A stretch of 62,213 nt of DNA, filler included. It is 12 parts of 12 records of this genome, joined end to end, with 100 filler letters (N's around TTAATTAATTAA, not from the genome) between each part and the next. Parts side by side here need not be neighbours in the genome. Positions count along the whole stretch, not along the records: positions 48,665 to 52,372 come from SRR11831585_62; positions 52,473 to 54,860 come from SRR11831585_64; positions 54,961 to 57,385 come from SRR11831585_66; positions 57,486 to 62,213 come from SRR11831585_67; 8 more parts are not named here. One strand, given 5' to 3'. This document shows positions 49,623 through 59,919 of this stretch, one piece after another. The notes below the pieces were generated by a model. The model saw only the letters and a list, made by a program, of their open reading frames with translations. It did no database searches and was not told the DNA's origin. A program made the translations under genes and the position numbers. Within the stretch, counting starts at the first letter, position 1, and every line of letters begins with the position of its first letter.

Positions 49623-50431
49623 TAGTTCATCCCCAACCAGTGGAGGATCTCCTGTCCGTGGCTGTCGTAAAGTAATTTGGCACTCATCACCGCCGAGACG
49701 ATAACAATCATCGGGCGGATCAGCTTTTGTCCTTTGCTCAACACCAGTCGTGAACCCATGCGCGCGCCGAGGAACTGCCCCACCAGCATGACAAAGCCCG
49801 TCGCCCAAATCACTTTGCCGCCGAGAATAAACAGCAGTAAACCGCCGATGTTTGACGTTGCGTTGAGTAATTTGGCGTGAGCCGTGGCTTTGGCGAGGTT
49901 AAATCCGCACAGCGTAACGAAGGCCAGCGCGTAAAACGACCCGGCAGCCGGGCCAAAGAATCCATCATAAAAACCGACGCAGCCACCGGCTATTAACGCG
50001 AAGGGTAAACCGTACATCCGGCGCTGGCGGTCTTCTTCACCTAGCTTTGGCATCAGCAAGAAATAGAGGCCGATACAAATTACCAGAATGGGCAAAATCT
50101 GCCGTAAGACATCAGCCTGAACGTATTGCACCAGCAGTGCGCCGCTCATTGAGCCGACAAAGGTCATGGCGATATTGAGTTTCTGATCGCTTAAACTAAC
50201 CACTTTGCGGCGAATAAAGTAGATAGTAGCGGAAATAGAGCCGCCGCAGGCTTGCAGTTTATTGGTTGCCAGCGCATTAGCGGGAGACATCCCCGCTGCC
50301 ATCAATGCCGGAATGGTGAGTAACCCACCGCCACCGGCAATCGAGTCGATAAATCCCGCCAGCATGGCGACAAAAAAGAGAACTCCCAGCAACAGCGGGG
50401 AAACCATAAACAGGCTATTAAACGTTTCCAT
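49622..50431 (-). CDS. yfcA: TauE/SafE (TSUP) membrane protein
   Basis: 269 aa; AGFIDSIAGGGG and GFYDGFFGP motifs. Confidence 0.94.
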   Translation of the reverse strand: METFNSLFMVSPLLLGVLFFVAMLAGFIDSIAGGGGLLTIPALMAAGMSPANALATNKLQACGGSISATIYFIRRKVVSLSDQKLNIAMTFVGSMSGALLVQYVQADVLRQILPILVICIGLYFLLMPKLGEEDRQRRMYGLPFALIAGGCVGFYDGFFGPAAGSFYALAFVTLCGFNLAKATAHAKLLNATSNIGGLLLFILGGKVIWATGFVMLVGQFLGARMGSRLVLSKGQKLIRPMIVIVSAVMSAKLLYDSHGQEILHWLGMN

Positions 50432-51255
50432 TAGATCACGTGCTCATCCAGTAGCGCCTGGCAGGAAGGCGGCAACGGAGGCGGTGTCTTCTTCTCAGGC
50501 TTTGTTGTTCCCGGTTTTGGAGGTTCAAACCAGCTTTGCAGTTCTGCCCCGCAACCATCGCCTGATGGCGGTAAAGGTTGATCTTCACACTCCAGACTAT
50601 CGGCAGGGCAACGTAATCGTACATGCATATGCGCGCGATGCTGGAACCAGGGTCGCACTTTGCGCAACCAGTCGCGATCGGTGCCCGCATCAAGGCAAAG
50701 TTGTTGTTTAATCGCCGGATTAACAAAAATGCGCGTGACGTCTTTGTCCTGGGCGGCGAGTTTGATCAAGCTGAAAATTTCTGGCTTCCACAGCGTGGAG
50801 ACAACGTGTTTACCGTCGCGGGAAACTAAGTCCAGTGCTTGCGGGCGCAAGAGCTGCGCGGAGGTCCAGCGAGTTTTCGGCAGTTGCAGAAAGATATCGA
50901 CATCCAGTCCGGTCTGGTGGCTGGCATGACCGCCGTTGAAACGCCCACCAGCGGGCATCCCCATATCGCCAATCAGCACCGTACCCATGCCCAGATTGCT
51001 CACCTGGCTACTCAGACGCTGGATAAACATCACCAGATCCGGGTGACCGAAATAGCGACGCTGATCGGTACGCATGACCTGATAATGTTCGGACTGTATC
51101 GGCAGCGTGTCAGCGCCGACAATACAGCCATTAGAAAAACTGCCTATCGATTGTGCGCTACCCGGCACAGGTTGGGTTATTTTTTGCCACGGCGTCGCTG
51201 CCAGGCTGGCGCTACTGGCAAGCAGAGCCAGCAGCGCAATCGCGGTTTTATTCAT
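50431..51255 (-). CDS. mepA: penicillin-insensitive murein endopeptidase
   Basis: 274 aa with signal peptide; [11 protein letters not shown] and HMHVR LAS motifs. Confidence 0.97.
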
Positions 51256-51258
51256 TTT

Positions 51259-52344
51259 TTACCAGCGTGGAATATCAGTCTTCACATCGGCATTTTGCGC
51301 CCGTTGCCGTAACAGGTGATCCATTAAAACGATCGCCAGCATCGCTTCTGCGATCGGCACTGCGCGGATCCCGACACAGGGATCGTGACGGCCTTTGGTG
51401 ATCATCTCAACTTCTTCGCCAAAGCGGTTAATGGTACGACCCGGCACGGTAATGCTGGAGGTCGGTTTCAGCGCCATATGGGCAATGATTTGCTGCCCGC
51501 TGCTGATACCGCCGAGAATGCCGCCCGCATGGTTGCTCTGGAAACCGTCTTTGGTGATTTCATCGCGGTTCTGGCTGCCGCGCAGCGCCACCACGTCAAA
51601 GCCGTCGCCAATTTCCACGCCTTTCACCGCGTTGATGCTCATCAGCGCATGGGCGATGTCAGCATCCAGGCGGTCAAAGACCGGCTCGCCAAGTCCGGCA
51701 GGAACGCCACTGGCAACAACGGTGACTTTAGCGCCGATGGAGTCGCCCTCTTTTTTCAGCGCACGCATCAACTCGTCTAACGCGTCGATTTTGTCGGGGT
51801 CCGGGCAAAAAAACGGATTTTGCTCGACCTGCGACCAGTCTTTGATATCCAGCGGAATGTCGCCCATCTGGGTCAGGCAGCCACGGATTTCAATACCAAA
51901 TTTCTCGGCGAGATATTTTTTGGCAATAGCTCCTGCCGCCACGCGCATGGCGGTTTCGCGGGCGGAAGAACGTCCACCGCCGCGATAATCGCGCAGACCG
52001 TATTTTTGTTCGTAGGTGTAATCGGCATGGCCTGGACGGAAAACGTCCTTAATCGCACTGTAATCCTGAGAGCGCTGGTCAGTGTTTTCGATCAACAAGC
52101 CAATGCTGGTGCCGGTAGTAACGCCTTCAAAAACACCGGAGAGAATTTTGACCTGATCCGGCTCGCGGCGCTGGGTGGTATAGCGCGATGTCCCAGGGCG
52201 ACGACGGTCGAGGTCATGTTGCAGGTCCGCTTCCGTCAGCGGAATGCCTGGCGGAACACCATCGACGATGCAGCCGAGCGCCAGCCCGTGCGATTCGCCG
52301 AAGGTGGTTACGCGAAAGAGTTGTCCAATTGTGTTTCCAGCCAT
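51259..52344 (-). CDS. aroC: chorismate synthase
   Basis: 361 aa; GESHG, RPGHAD, RSSARET and GRHDPC motifs. Confidence 0.98.
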   Translation of the reverse strand: MAGNTIGQLFRVTTFGESHGLALGCIVDGVPPGIPLTEADLQHDLDRRRPGTSRYTTQRREPDQVKILSGVFEGVTTGTSIGLLIENTDQRSQDYSAIKDVFRPGHADYTYEQKYGLRDYRGGGRSSARETAMRVAAGAIAKKYLAEKFGIEIRGCLTQMGDIPLDIKDWSQVEQNPFFCPDPDKIDALDELMRALKKEGDSIGAKVTVVASGVPAGLGEPVFDRLDADIAHALMSINAVKGVEIGDGFDVVALRGSQNRDEITKDGFQSNHAGGILGGISSGQQIIAHMALKPTSSITVPGRTINRFGEEVEMITKGRHDPCVGIRAVPIAEAMLAIVLMDHLLRQRAQNADVKTDIPRW

Positions 52345-52656
52345 CACGGCTCCGTTATTGTTGTGTTTGCGTNNNNNNNNNNNNNNNNNNNNNNNNNNNN
52401 NNNNNNNNNNNNNNNNTTAATTAATTAANNNNNNNNNNNNNNNNNNNNNNNNNNNNNNNNNNNNNNNNNNNNGGAGTCAAAATGTTTGTAGTTGATACAT
52501 GGCAAGAATAGTGATTTGAGTGCTTACGAGTTATCGCAAGTAAGAATGGATAAGAGAATAGTAAACGAATGCAGAGTGCAGTGGAGTGACAAAAATAAGC
52601 ACAATAATTTCACGCCGACCTTCTCAGGATGCATGCAAAGTTTATCACACACACGT

Positions 52657-53091
52657 TTAGCGCTTCTTGAAGTACTCCAACAGCTCAGTCAGGGCCTCGG
52701 ACTGCTCACCAAACTCGCGGACAACGACGCACGAGCAGTTGACAACCTTGCGGGGTGTGCCGTCTTTGTCGTACTTGCACAGACCAGCCCACTCGCCGAG
52801 CTTCTTGCCGTCGGGGACCTTCAGCAGGTTGATGCCGTGCTCCTTGCACAGAGCCTCCACCAGGCGGGTGTAGGCATCCTCCGTCACGTTCTTGGACAGA
52901 ACGCACAACAGAGCGGTGCGGCTGGGGAAACATTCATGTCATTGACGAACGGGAAACCACAATGAAACAACCTACCGATCGAGAGCCTTAACGGCTTCGC
53001 GGAGACCGCGGGCAAGACCGTCATGGATCAGAGCCTTGCGCAAAACTTCCTGAATTGTGTTCTCAGCAATAACGTCACCTCCTTCAGCCAT
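52657..53091 (-). CDS. RPS12: 40S ribosomal protein eS12 (eukaryotic, 2 exons)
   Basis: Exons 53091-52976 and 52921-52657, 54-nt GT-AG intron; 126 aa MAEGGDV...[28 protein letters not shown]...LGEWAGLCK...[11 protein letters not shown]. Confidence 0.95.
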
Positions 53092-53442
53092 TTCAAAACT
53101 GGGGTTCCTCGCTACACCGCGGAATTTGAATTAGAAAACTTGGAACTTGCTCGATTTCGGCATCAGCGGAACAATAGCAAGTCAACATATCACATTCGGA
53201 CCCCAAACACAAGCTTCTACCACAGAGTACGTACATGACGGGCAAAAAAGAGCGAGTGCAGAGCGGATGCCCGAGTTCACACGAGCGGTTCTTGCTAACC
53301 GGATCCACTAATGCTTCCTCACATACGTGCGTATGGACTCGCAAAGTTGGTCGCGCCTTCAGCTTTTCAATACCTCCTTCGAGCGGGGTTCGCCTGCCCG
53401 ACAACCTACGCTGCCTGCCACTCGGTGCCATAATTTGCGCAA

Positions 53443-53903
53443 ATGTCTGCACTTCTCCGTGCTTCGCGCGTAATTGCTCAATCAGTCGGTATTAGATCTT
53501 GAAATTCAGTCAGGGTTCGATTTTTGATCGTGTATGTAGGTGCGCGCTCGTACGCAGCCGCTGCCACATCCTCGGCTGCGTCGTCATCGAACGCGCCTAA
53601 GAAGTTCACCGTCCCGTACGTCAGGCGTCGTGAATTGTACAAGTTTGTAACCGTGTGACTTTGCAGCAAGCACCCGGTCGTTGAGGAGCAGGGCATCTAC
53701 ATGCGCCAGGTTGATGGTGTTTACGTGCAGACAAACAAGGTATGTGATGGGATCGCCATGAGCGCCTTGTCTTATGTGGTGTGCAGGATGGTGTGATTTG
53801 CGGACAAATGGAAACGTCGTTGGAGTGGTGCCTTTCGTCTCCTCCCCCGTTCCACACCTTTGCAGAGCAACCGATCGTCAAGGAGCCTCCGTCCACCAAG
53901 TAA
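53443..53903 (+). CDS. nucleus-encoded, mitochondrion-targeted Cox1 C-terminal fragment (Cox1-c)
   Basis: Exons 53443-53488, 53540-53615, 53667-53739, 53787-53903 (introns 51/51/47 nt); 103 aa; presequence-like MSALLRASRVIAQSVGARSYAAAA; ends SLEWCLSSPPPFHTFAEQPIVKEPPSTK. Confidence 0.85.
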
Positions 53904-54037
53904 ATTATAAAGCCCTGTTATTTAGATGCGTATTTGGTCCGTGACGTCCTGTGCGCATGGGACGCTATGTATTGTTTGTATTGTGCGTGAACATGGGAAT
54001 GGGTCCTTTATCTCGGGGCACTGTGCCAGACTTGTGG

Positions 54038-54734
54038 CTACCGCGACGAAGGCATCTTGCACGTGATGGCGGTGTTACAGTATGGGCACGTGCCGAAGAT
54101 CGTATCGAATGACTGTCGCGCCGTGGGGAGCGCACGCAGCCACTCATAGAGGCAGGCCCGGTGAAAGGGTTTGGCGCAGTGCGTGTTCTCGCACACACGG
54201 TCTGGGACGGCGTTGTGCAGCAGGAAGGCGTAGCAGATGGCACACTCCCCCGCTACAGCGGCACATGTGAGCCCACACAGTCAGCACGAGATTGGAGGCG
54301 GCCGATAGAATGGTGCATGGGGAGGAAGGACAACATACTCGCAGCACCGTTTGAAACGGACCGGAAGACAGGCTGCGTGGAGAAGCATACCGAAATCGGA
54401 CAGGTTGGTTTGTGTGCGCGAGGGAAACCGCAGCTGAAGCAGTGTCTCCAGATTCTCACGGGGCGTGCGCCGTTCATCCCTACACACGCACACACACACA
54501 GTCAGCGACCACACAGAGCAACCACTCCCTCCGCACCGAATTCATGCACCTGTCCACACGCATTCACGCACAAACACACTTACACTACACAAAAGCACAC
54601 GTACCACTTCTCAATATTCTGTCCAAACGTAACCTTGAGAGCGCTAACATCGCGGTCCGATCCCAGCATACGACATTCGGGCAGGGCACGTGGGCGTTGC
54701 GGGTCCACGTTGACATGGATTGAGACATGTGGCG
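54038..54734 (-). CDS. FANCL: E3 ubiquitin ligase FANCL, last three exons
   Basis: Exons 54734-54605, 54479-54391, 54252-54038; VDPQRPRALPECRMLG...ECAICYAFLL...VCENTHCAKPFHRACLYEWLRALPTARQSFDTIFGTCPYC. Confidence 0.92.
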
Positions 54735-54961
54735 CTACACAACAGCAAACGCAAGAAAACGTGGGTGGTGAGGGAAGAATGACGCAGAAACAAGCACAGA
54801 GAAGCACAGCTCATTGCACAAAGACGATGCTGGCGATACGTATCCACCGATAGCATCCCCNNNNNNNNNNNNNNNNNNNNNNNNNNNNNNNNNNNNNNNN
54901 NNNNTTAATTAATTAANNNNNNNNNNNNNNNNNNNNNNNNNNNNNNNNNNNNNNNNNNNNA

Positions 54962-55615
54962 TTGATTGTCGGGCTGGCGCTGGCGATGTTCTTTGCGGTA
55001 TGGGAGTCGGCAAAATGGCGTCCTGTCGCGTGGGCAGGTTCAGCGCTGGTAACCATTCTGCGTGGCCTGCCAGAAATTCTGGTGGTGCTGTTTATCTATT
55101 TTGGCTCCTCGCAGCTGCTGCTGACGCTTTCGGATGGCTTCACTATCAATCTTGGGTTCGTGCAGATCCCAGTGCAGATGGACATTGAGAACTTCGACGT
55201 TAGCCCGTTCCTTTGTGGTGTCATCGCTCTGTCACTGCTGTATGCCGCCTATGCCTCGCAAACGCTTCGGGGCGCGTTGAAAGCGGTGCCGGTGGGTCAG
55301 TGGGAGTCTGGTCAGGCGCTGGGGCTGTCGAAATCGGCTATCTTTTTCCGTCTGGTGATGCCGCAGATGTGGCGTCATGCGCTGCCTGGCCTCGGTAACC
55401 AGTGGCTGGTGCTGCTGAAAGATACCGCGCTGGTCAGTTTGATTAGTGTGAATGATTTAATGCTGCAAACAAAAAGCATCGCTACTCGTACCCAGGAACC
55501 ATTTACCTGGTACATTGTGGCGGCGGCGATTTACCTGGTGATCACCCTGCTCAGTCAGTACATTCTCAAACGCATTGACCTGCGCGCGACACGTTTTGAG
55601 CGGAGGCCCAGCTAA
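54962..55615 (+). CDS. artQ: arginine ABC permease, 5' end truncated
   Basis: [10 protein letters not shown] and [13 protein letters not shown]-loop; upstream of artM. Confidence 0.95.
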
Positions 55616-56283
55616 TGTTTGAGTATTTACCCGAACTGATGAAAGGGCTACACACCAGCCTGACGCTAACCGTTGCCTCGCTGATTGTGGCACTGATTCT
55701 GGCATTGATTTTTACCATCATCCTGACGCTGAAAACGCCGGTGCTGGTGTGGCTGGTGCGGGGTTATATCACGCTGTTTACCGGTACGCCGCTGCTGGTG
55801 CAGATCTTCCTGATTTATTACGGGCCGGGCCAGTTTCCGACTTTGCAGGAGTATCCGGCACTGTGGCATTTGTTGTCAGAACCGTGGTTATGTGCGCTGA
55901 TTGCGTTGTCGCTGAATAGTGCGGCGTATACCACGCAGCTGTTTTACGGTGCAATTCGTGCGATCCCGGAAGGTCAGTGGCAGTCCTGTAGCGCCCTGGG
56001 AATGAGCAAAAAAGATACGCTGGCGATCCTGCTGCCGTATGCCTTTAAACGCTCGCTCTCTTCTTATTCCAACGAAGTGGTGCTGGTATTCAAAAGTACC
56101 TCTCTGGCATACACCATTACGCTGATGGAAGTGATGGGATACAGCCAGTTGTTGTACGGACGCACCTACGATGTAATGGTGTTCGGTGCGGCAGGGATTA
56201 TTTACCTGGTCGTTAACGGCCTGCTGACGCTGATGATGCGTCTGATCGAGCGCAAAGCGCTGGCATTCGAACGGCGAAATTAA
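55615..56283 (+). CDS. artM: arginine ABC permease
   Basis: 222 aa; FTGTPLLVQ. Confidence 0.96.
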   Translation: MFEYLPELMKGLHTSLTLTVASLIVALILALIFTIILTLKTPVLVWLVRGYITLFTGTPLLVQIFLIYYGPGQFPTLQEYPALWHLLSEPWLCALIALSLNSAAYTTQLFYGAIRAIPEGQWQSCSALGMSKKDTLAILLPYAFKRSLSSYSNEVVLVFKSTSLAYTITLMEVMGYSQLLYGRTYDVMVFGAAGIIYLVVNGLLTLMMRLIERKALAFERRN

Positions 56284-56312
56284 TGTGGCTGCGTACATTC
56301 GCCGGGGGGTTT

Positions 56313-56401
56313 TGTAGGTCTGATAAGACGCGCCAGCGTCGCATCAGACATCAGCACGGTGCCTGTGCCGGATGCGGCGGGGACGCCTTATCCGGCCTAC
56401 A
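56313..56401. repeat. REP pair between artM and artJ
   Basis: Two consensus REP units in opposite orientation. Confidence 0.88.
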
Positions 56402-56423
56402 TAGTGCATAAATTCTTATAATG

Positions 56424-56458
56424 AAGACGGACAACCCACTAAGTTGTCCGTCTTTTTT
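56424..56458 (+). terminator. intrinsic terminator of artQM
   Basis: AAGACGGACAAC-ccactaa-GTTGTCCGTCTTTTTT. Confidence 0.85.
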
Positions 56459-56486
56459 ATTTCATTTAAATTATTTAATCATGTTT

Positions 56487-56504
56487 ATTGCATATAAATT
56501 CACT
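56487..56504. promoter_or_regulatory. ArgR (ARG) box upstream of artJ
   Basis: ATTGCATATAAATTCACT approximates the TGAAT-N4-ATTCA palindrome. Confidence 0.65.
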
Positions 56505-56573
56505 TGATGGCATTGTTATCCCATGCCGCAGACACGGCCAAAAATCATAAGATTGACAGACGGGAGTTCCATC

Positions 56574-57305
56574 ATGAAAAAGTTAGTTCTTGCCGCTTTA
56601 CTTGCTTCCTTTACTTTCGGTGCTTCTGCCGCAGAGAAAATCAATTTTGGCGTTTCAGCCACCTATCCACCCTTTGAATCTATAGGTGCTAATAATGAGA
56701 TTGTCGGCTTTGATATCGATCTGGCAAAAGCCTTGTGCAAACAAATGCAGGCAGAATGTACTTTTACTAATCACGCGTTCGACAGCCTGATCCCGTCCCT
56801 GAAATTCAGAAAATATGACGCCGTAATCTCCGGTATGGATATCACCCCGGAGCGTAGCAAACAGGTATCGTTTACCACGCCCTACTATGAAAACTCAGCC
56901 GTCGTGATTGCCAAAAAAGATACCTACAAAACGTTTGCCGATCTGAAAGGCAAACGTATTGGGATGGAAAACGGTACTACGCACCAGAAATATATTCAGG
57001 ATCAGCACCCGGAAGTGAAAACTGTCTCTTATGACAGTTATCAGAATGCCTTTATCGATCTGAAAAATGGTCGTATTGATGGGGTATTTGGTGACACAGC
57101 GGTGGTAAACGAATGGCTGAAAACCAATCCACAACTTGGTGTTGCTACTGAGAAAGTGACCGATCCGCAATATTTTGGCACCGGCCTGGGCATCGCTGTA
57201 CGTCCGGATAACAAAGCCCTGCTGGAAAAACTGAATAACGCGCTGGCAGCAATTAAAGCTGACGGTACTTATCAAAAAATCAGTGACCAGTGGTTCCCAC
57301 AGTAA
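56574..57305 (+). CDS. artJ: arginine-binding periplasmic protein
   Basis: 243 aa from MKKLVLAALL; ATYPPFE and GFDIDLA motifs. Confidence 0.96.
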   Translation: MKKLVLAALLASFTFGASAAEKINFGVSATYPPFESIGANNEIVGFDIDLAKALCKQMQAECTFTNHAFDSLIPSLKFRKYDAVISGMDITPERSKQVSFTTPYYENSAVVIAKKDTYKTFADLKGKRIGMENGTTHQKYIQDQHPEVKTVSYDSYQNAFIDLKNGRIDGVFGDTAVVNEWLKTNPQLGVATEKVTDPQYFGTGLGIAVRPDNKALLEKLNNALAAIKADGTYQKISDQWFPQ

Positions 57306-57356
57306 GATTCAGAAAGCCGCAACCGCGGCTTGAGACTGATGACAAAGGTAAAATTG

Positions 57357-57385
57357 ACCTGATGCGCTACGCTTATCAGGCCTAC
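57357..57385. repeat. REP element after artJ at the contig end
   Basis: CCTGATGCGCTACGCTTATCAGGCCTAC. Confidence 0.88.
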
Positions 57386-57485
57386 NNNNNNNNNNNNNNN
57401 NNNNNNNNNNNNNNNNNNNNNNNNNNNNNTTAATTAATTAANNNNNNNNNNNNNNNNNNNNNNNNNNNNNNNNNNNNNNNNNNNN

Positions 57486-58041
57486 AGGGCGCGGTGAAGT
57501 GCAGCCACGTGAACTGCCCATGCGCGGGGGGCAGGTCATGCAGCTCCGACAGCGACACAAGCCGCAGCTCCTCCATACGACTCTCTGCGAGACACACACG
57601 TGTGAACACATGCGTTACGAATCCAACAAGCGACACACCATTGTACATAAACGCTCGCGCGGTGATGGCTGTGCCGAGATCGGCCGTGACTGTTGCCGAG
57701 TCACGAATCAGCGACTTGGCACTCTACAACAACGTCACTAAGCCACTGAGCGGTAACCTCACACCATCATAACGCACTTTCGAGGACGCGGGATGAACAG
57801 CCGTCTGCAGCAGTTGCCATCTGCGAATAGTGTCGCTGCGATTACGGGTCCATAAGGCAGCGCCATTCACCGGTGCAGGGATGGGTATTCGATGTTCTGC
57901 GACAAAATCACACCGACAACTCGCGAACTACAATAACGAACCGTCATGACCATCGTGATGAATTCTCGATTCGCCATGGAGGGTTTCTTCGTAACTCCCG
58001 TACGATCGTTTGTCACCCCGGAGGGGTTCACCATCGGACAT
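57486..58041 (-). CDS. spliced eukaryotic gene, possibly CorA/ZntB-family Mg2+ transporter (N-terminal part only)
   Basis: Exons 58041-57942, 57896-57778, 57723-57639, 57584-<57486 (introns 45/54/54 nt, phases consistent); AFMYNESRMEELRLVSLSELHDLPPAHGQFTWLHFTAP resembles the CorA soluble-domain start; GMN motif not reached. Confidence 0.5.
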
Positions 58042-58231
58042 GAACCAGAATCTTGGTAAGGCAATGTCGCAACTATTTATCGGTCACGCACCCGCATGTC
58101 GCGTACTAACACAATGGCGCAACGCGAATAGAAGGCATCGAAGGCGACCGCACGCTCCGAAGAGCCGGCGATTTGGAACAGCAAAAACTCGGGTCCTCGA
58201 CGACAGGTGTTCCATTGTTCGCCGCGACTAT

Positions 58232-59499
58232 ATGCGCGTTCTGCTTTCTCCTCTGGAAGGCGTGAGTGACTGCGCATTCCGGAGCCTGTGCTATGTGAAC
58301 GGTGCGCAAATGACGTGGACTGAGATGATCCGGCCTGCTGCGCTGCTGAGACACAACAAGGCTACACTTGATCTCGTTGATACATTTGACAGCGACACTC
58401 CTACCGGGATTCAGCTTTTGGGCGGTCCTGATGTACCAGCAGCACTGGAGACGGTGGAAGCACTTGCCTTCAGCACTCACCTTCACTTTCAAAACATTAG
58501 CGCCGTTGATATCAACCTGGGGTGTCCGTCTGTGGATGTTATCCGAGCTGGGTGCGGCCCTGCACTGCTGAAGCGGAGGGCCAAGTTGTCTCAGTTGTTC
58601 CGGAGTCTGCGGACGTGGAAGGAGCACACTCGGTTGCCACGGCTGAAAACCATCAGTTGCAAAATACGTCTCGGCCTGAACTCCGCGGAGCGTCAACAAC
58701 AGGTACCAGGTCGATGTATGCTCCCATTTCGACACCCTTCATATGATCCCCGGCATGCGGTTGTAGGTCTACTTGCAGGTGTCGGAGACTGCCAATGCTT
58801 ACCTGGATTTCATCACAGTCCACGCACGACATGCGGCACAGCGCAGTAGCCAGCCGGCTGAGTGGAAAGCAATTGCCGAGGTGTGCGTGTACTCGAATAA
58901 TCACATCAACCTATAATTTCGAGTGGATGTGGTTACGCGCCTTTCTTGTTGCTGCTGCACCTTACGAGTATGAGCGCATGCTCTGTTTGTGTCAACATCT
59001 GTGTATGGCTCATGGGACTCATATTCGATTGAAGGTCAAGCGTGTGACCACTATTCCGGTAATCGGGAATGGAGATGTACGTTCATATGAGGACGCGATG
59101 CGAATGCAAGTGGAGACTCAATGTGACGGTGTTATGATCGCGAGAGCTGCTATCGAGAACCCTTGGTATGTGCCGAAATGCATGGCTCAAGAATTTGTGT
59201 CAGATTTGTGATTCCAGCTGTGGACATGACAATGTCTGTGGCGGATACTTGTCTTTGTGTTTCATAATTCCTCTAGGATTTTTCGTGCCTTTCTGGCCAG
59301 TCCGTTACCCACTCGACCTACTGTACAAGAAGTGCAGTCAGCGTCGCACGACTACGAACTATTCGTGGCACAGTTCCCGAGCCACAAATCCAAGTATCTA
59401 TCTTTCCATCGTGAGAACTTCCGGAGGTTGGAACGGATCGCCAGTGGTGAGCTGAACGTGCCCCGCACCGTTGTTCCGCGGAATCTGCATATGATTTAG
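58232..59499 (+). CDS. tRNA-dihydrouridine synthase (Dus family), 4 exons
   Basis: Exons 58232-58702, 58767-58880, 59035-59165, 59277-59499; 312 aa; [39 protein letters not shown] and [13 protein letters not shown] motifs. Confidence 0.9.
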
Positions 59500-59919
59500 A
59501 TCGTGCGGCCGTCGTGAGCGTATCCAGTGTGGTCCAATATGCGTATCGGCCGCCACGTGACACCTGATCGCGTGTGTTTCGCTTCCAGTGGCGTGCGCCT
59601 CCAGCTTCACTAGCACTTTGGTGCAGATGATCGATTCGATTGTGTTCACATCTTCGGCATCGCGGCGGCAGTGCCTGATTTTCGCCGTGTTGTAATAGGG
59701 CATCACTTCATCCGGGCCTAACTCATGGATTCATGTGACGAAGTGTGTGCTTGGAGTGACCGGGACGGTGTATCTTCGCTAAATGAATGGGACTGCCGCG
59801 ACCGTGCGCACACCCGCTCGGAGCACCAATCAACCCCAACGGACGAACTATTTCACTGTATTCACTGGTATATCGCGGACGTCCTGCATGAAGCACATGC
59901 GCGTGAAAACCTGTGTTGA

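Noticed and set aside
53787-53903. Cox1-like peptide as a NUMT (mitochondrial DNA insertion)
   Set aside because: It is GC-rich, preceded by phase-consistent spliceosomal introns and a presequence, and lacks any other cox1 sequence, which fits a functional nuclear gene.
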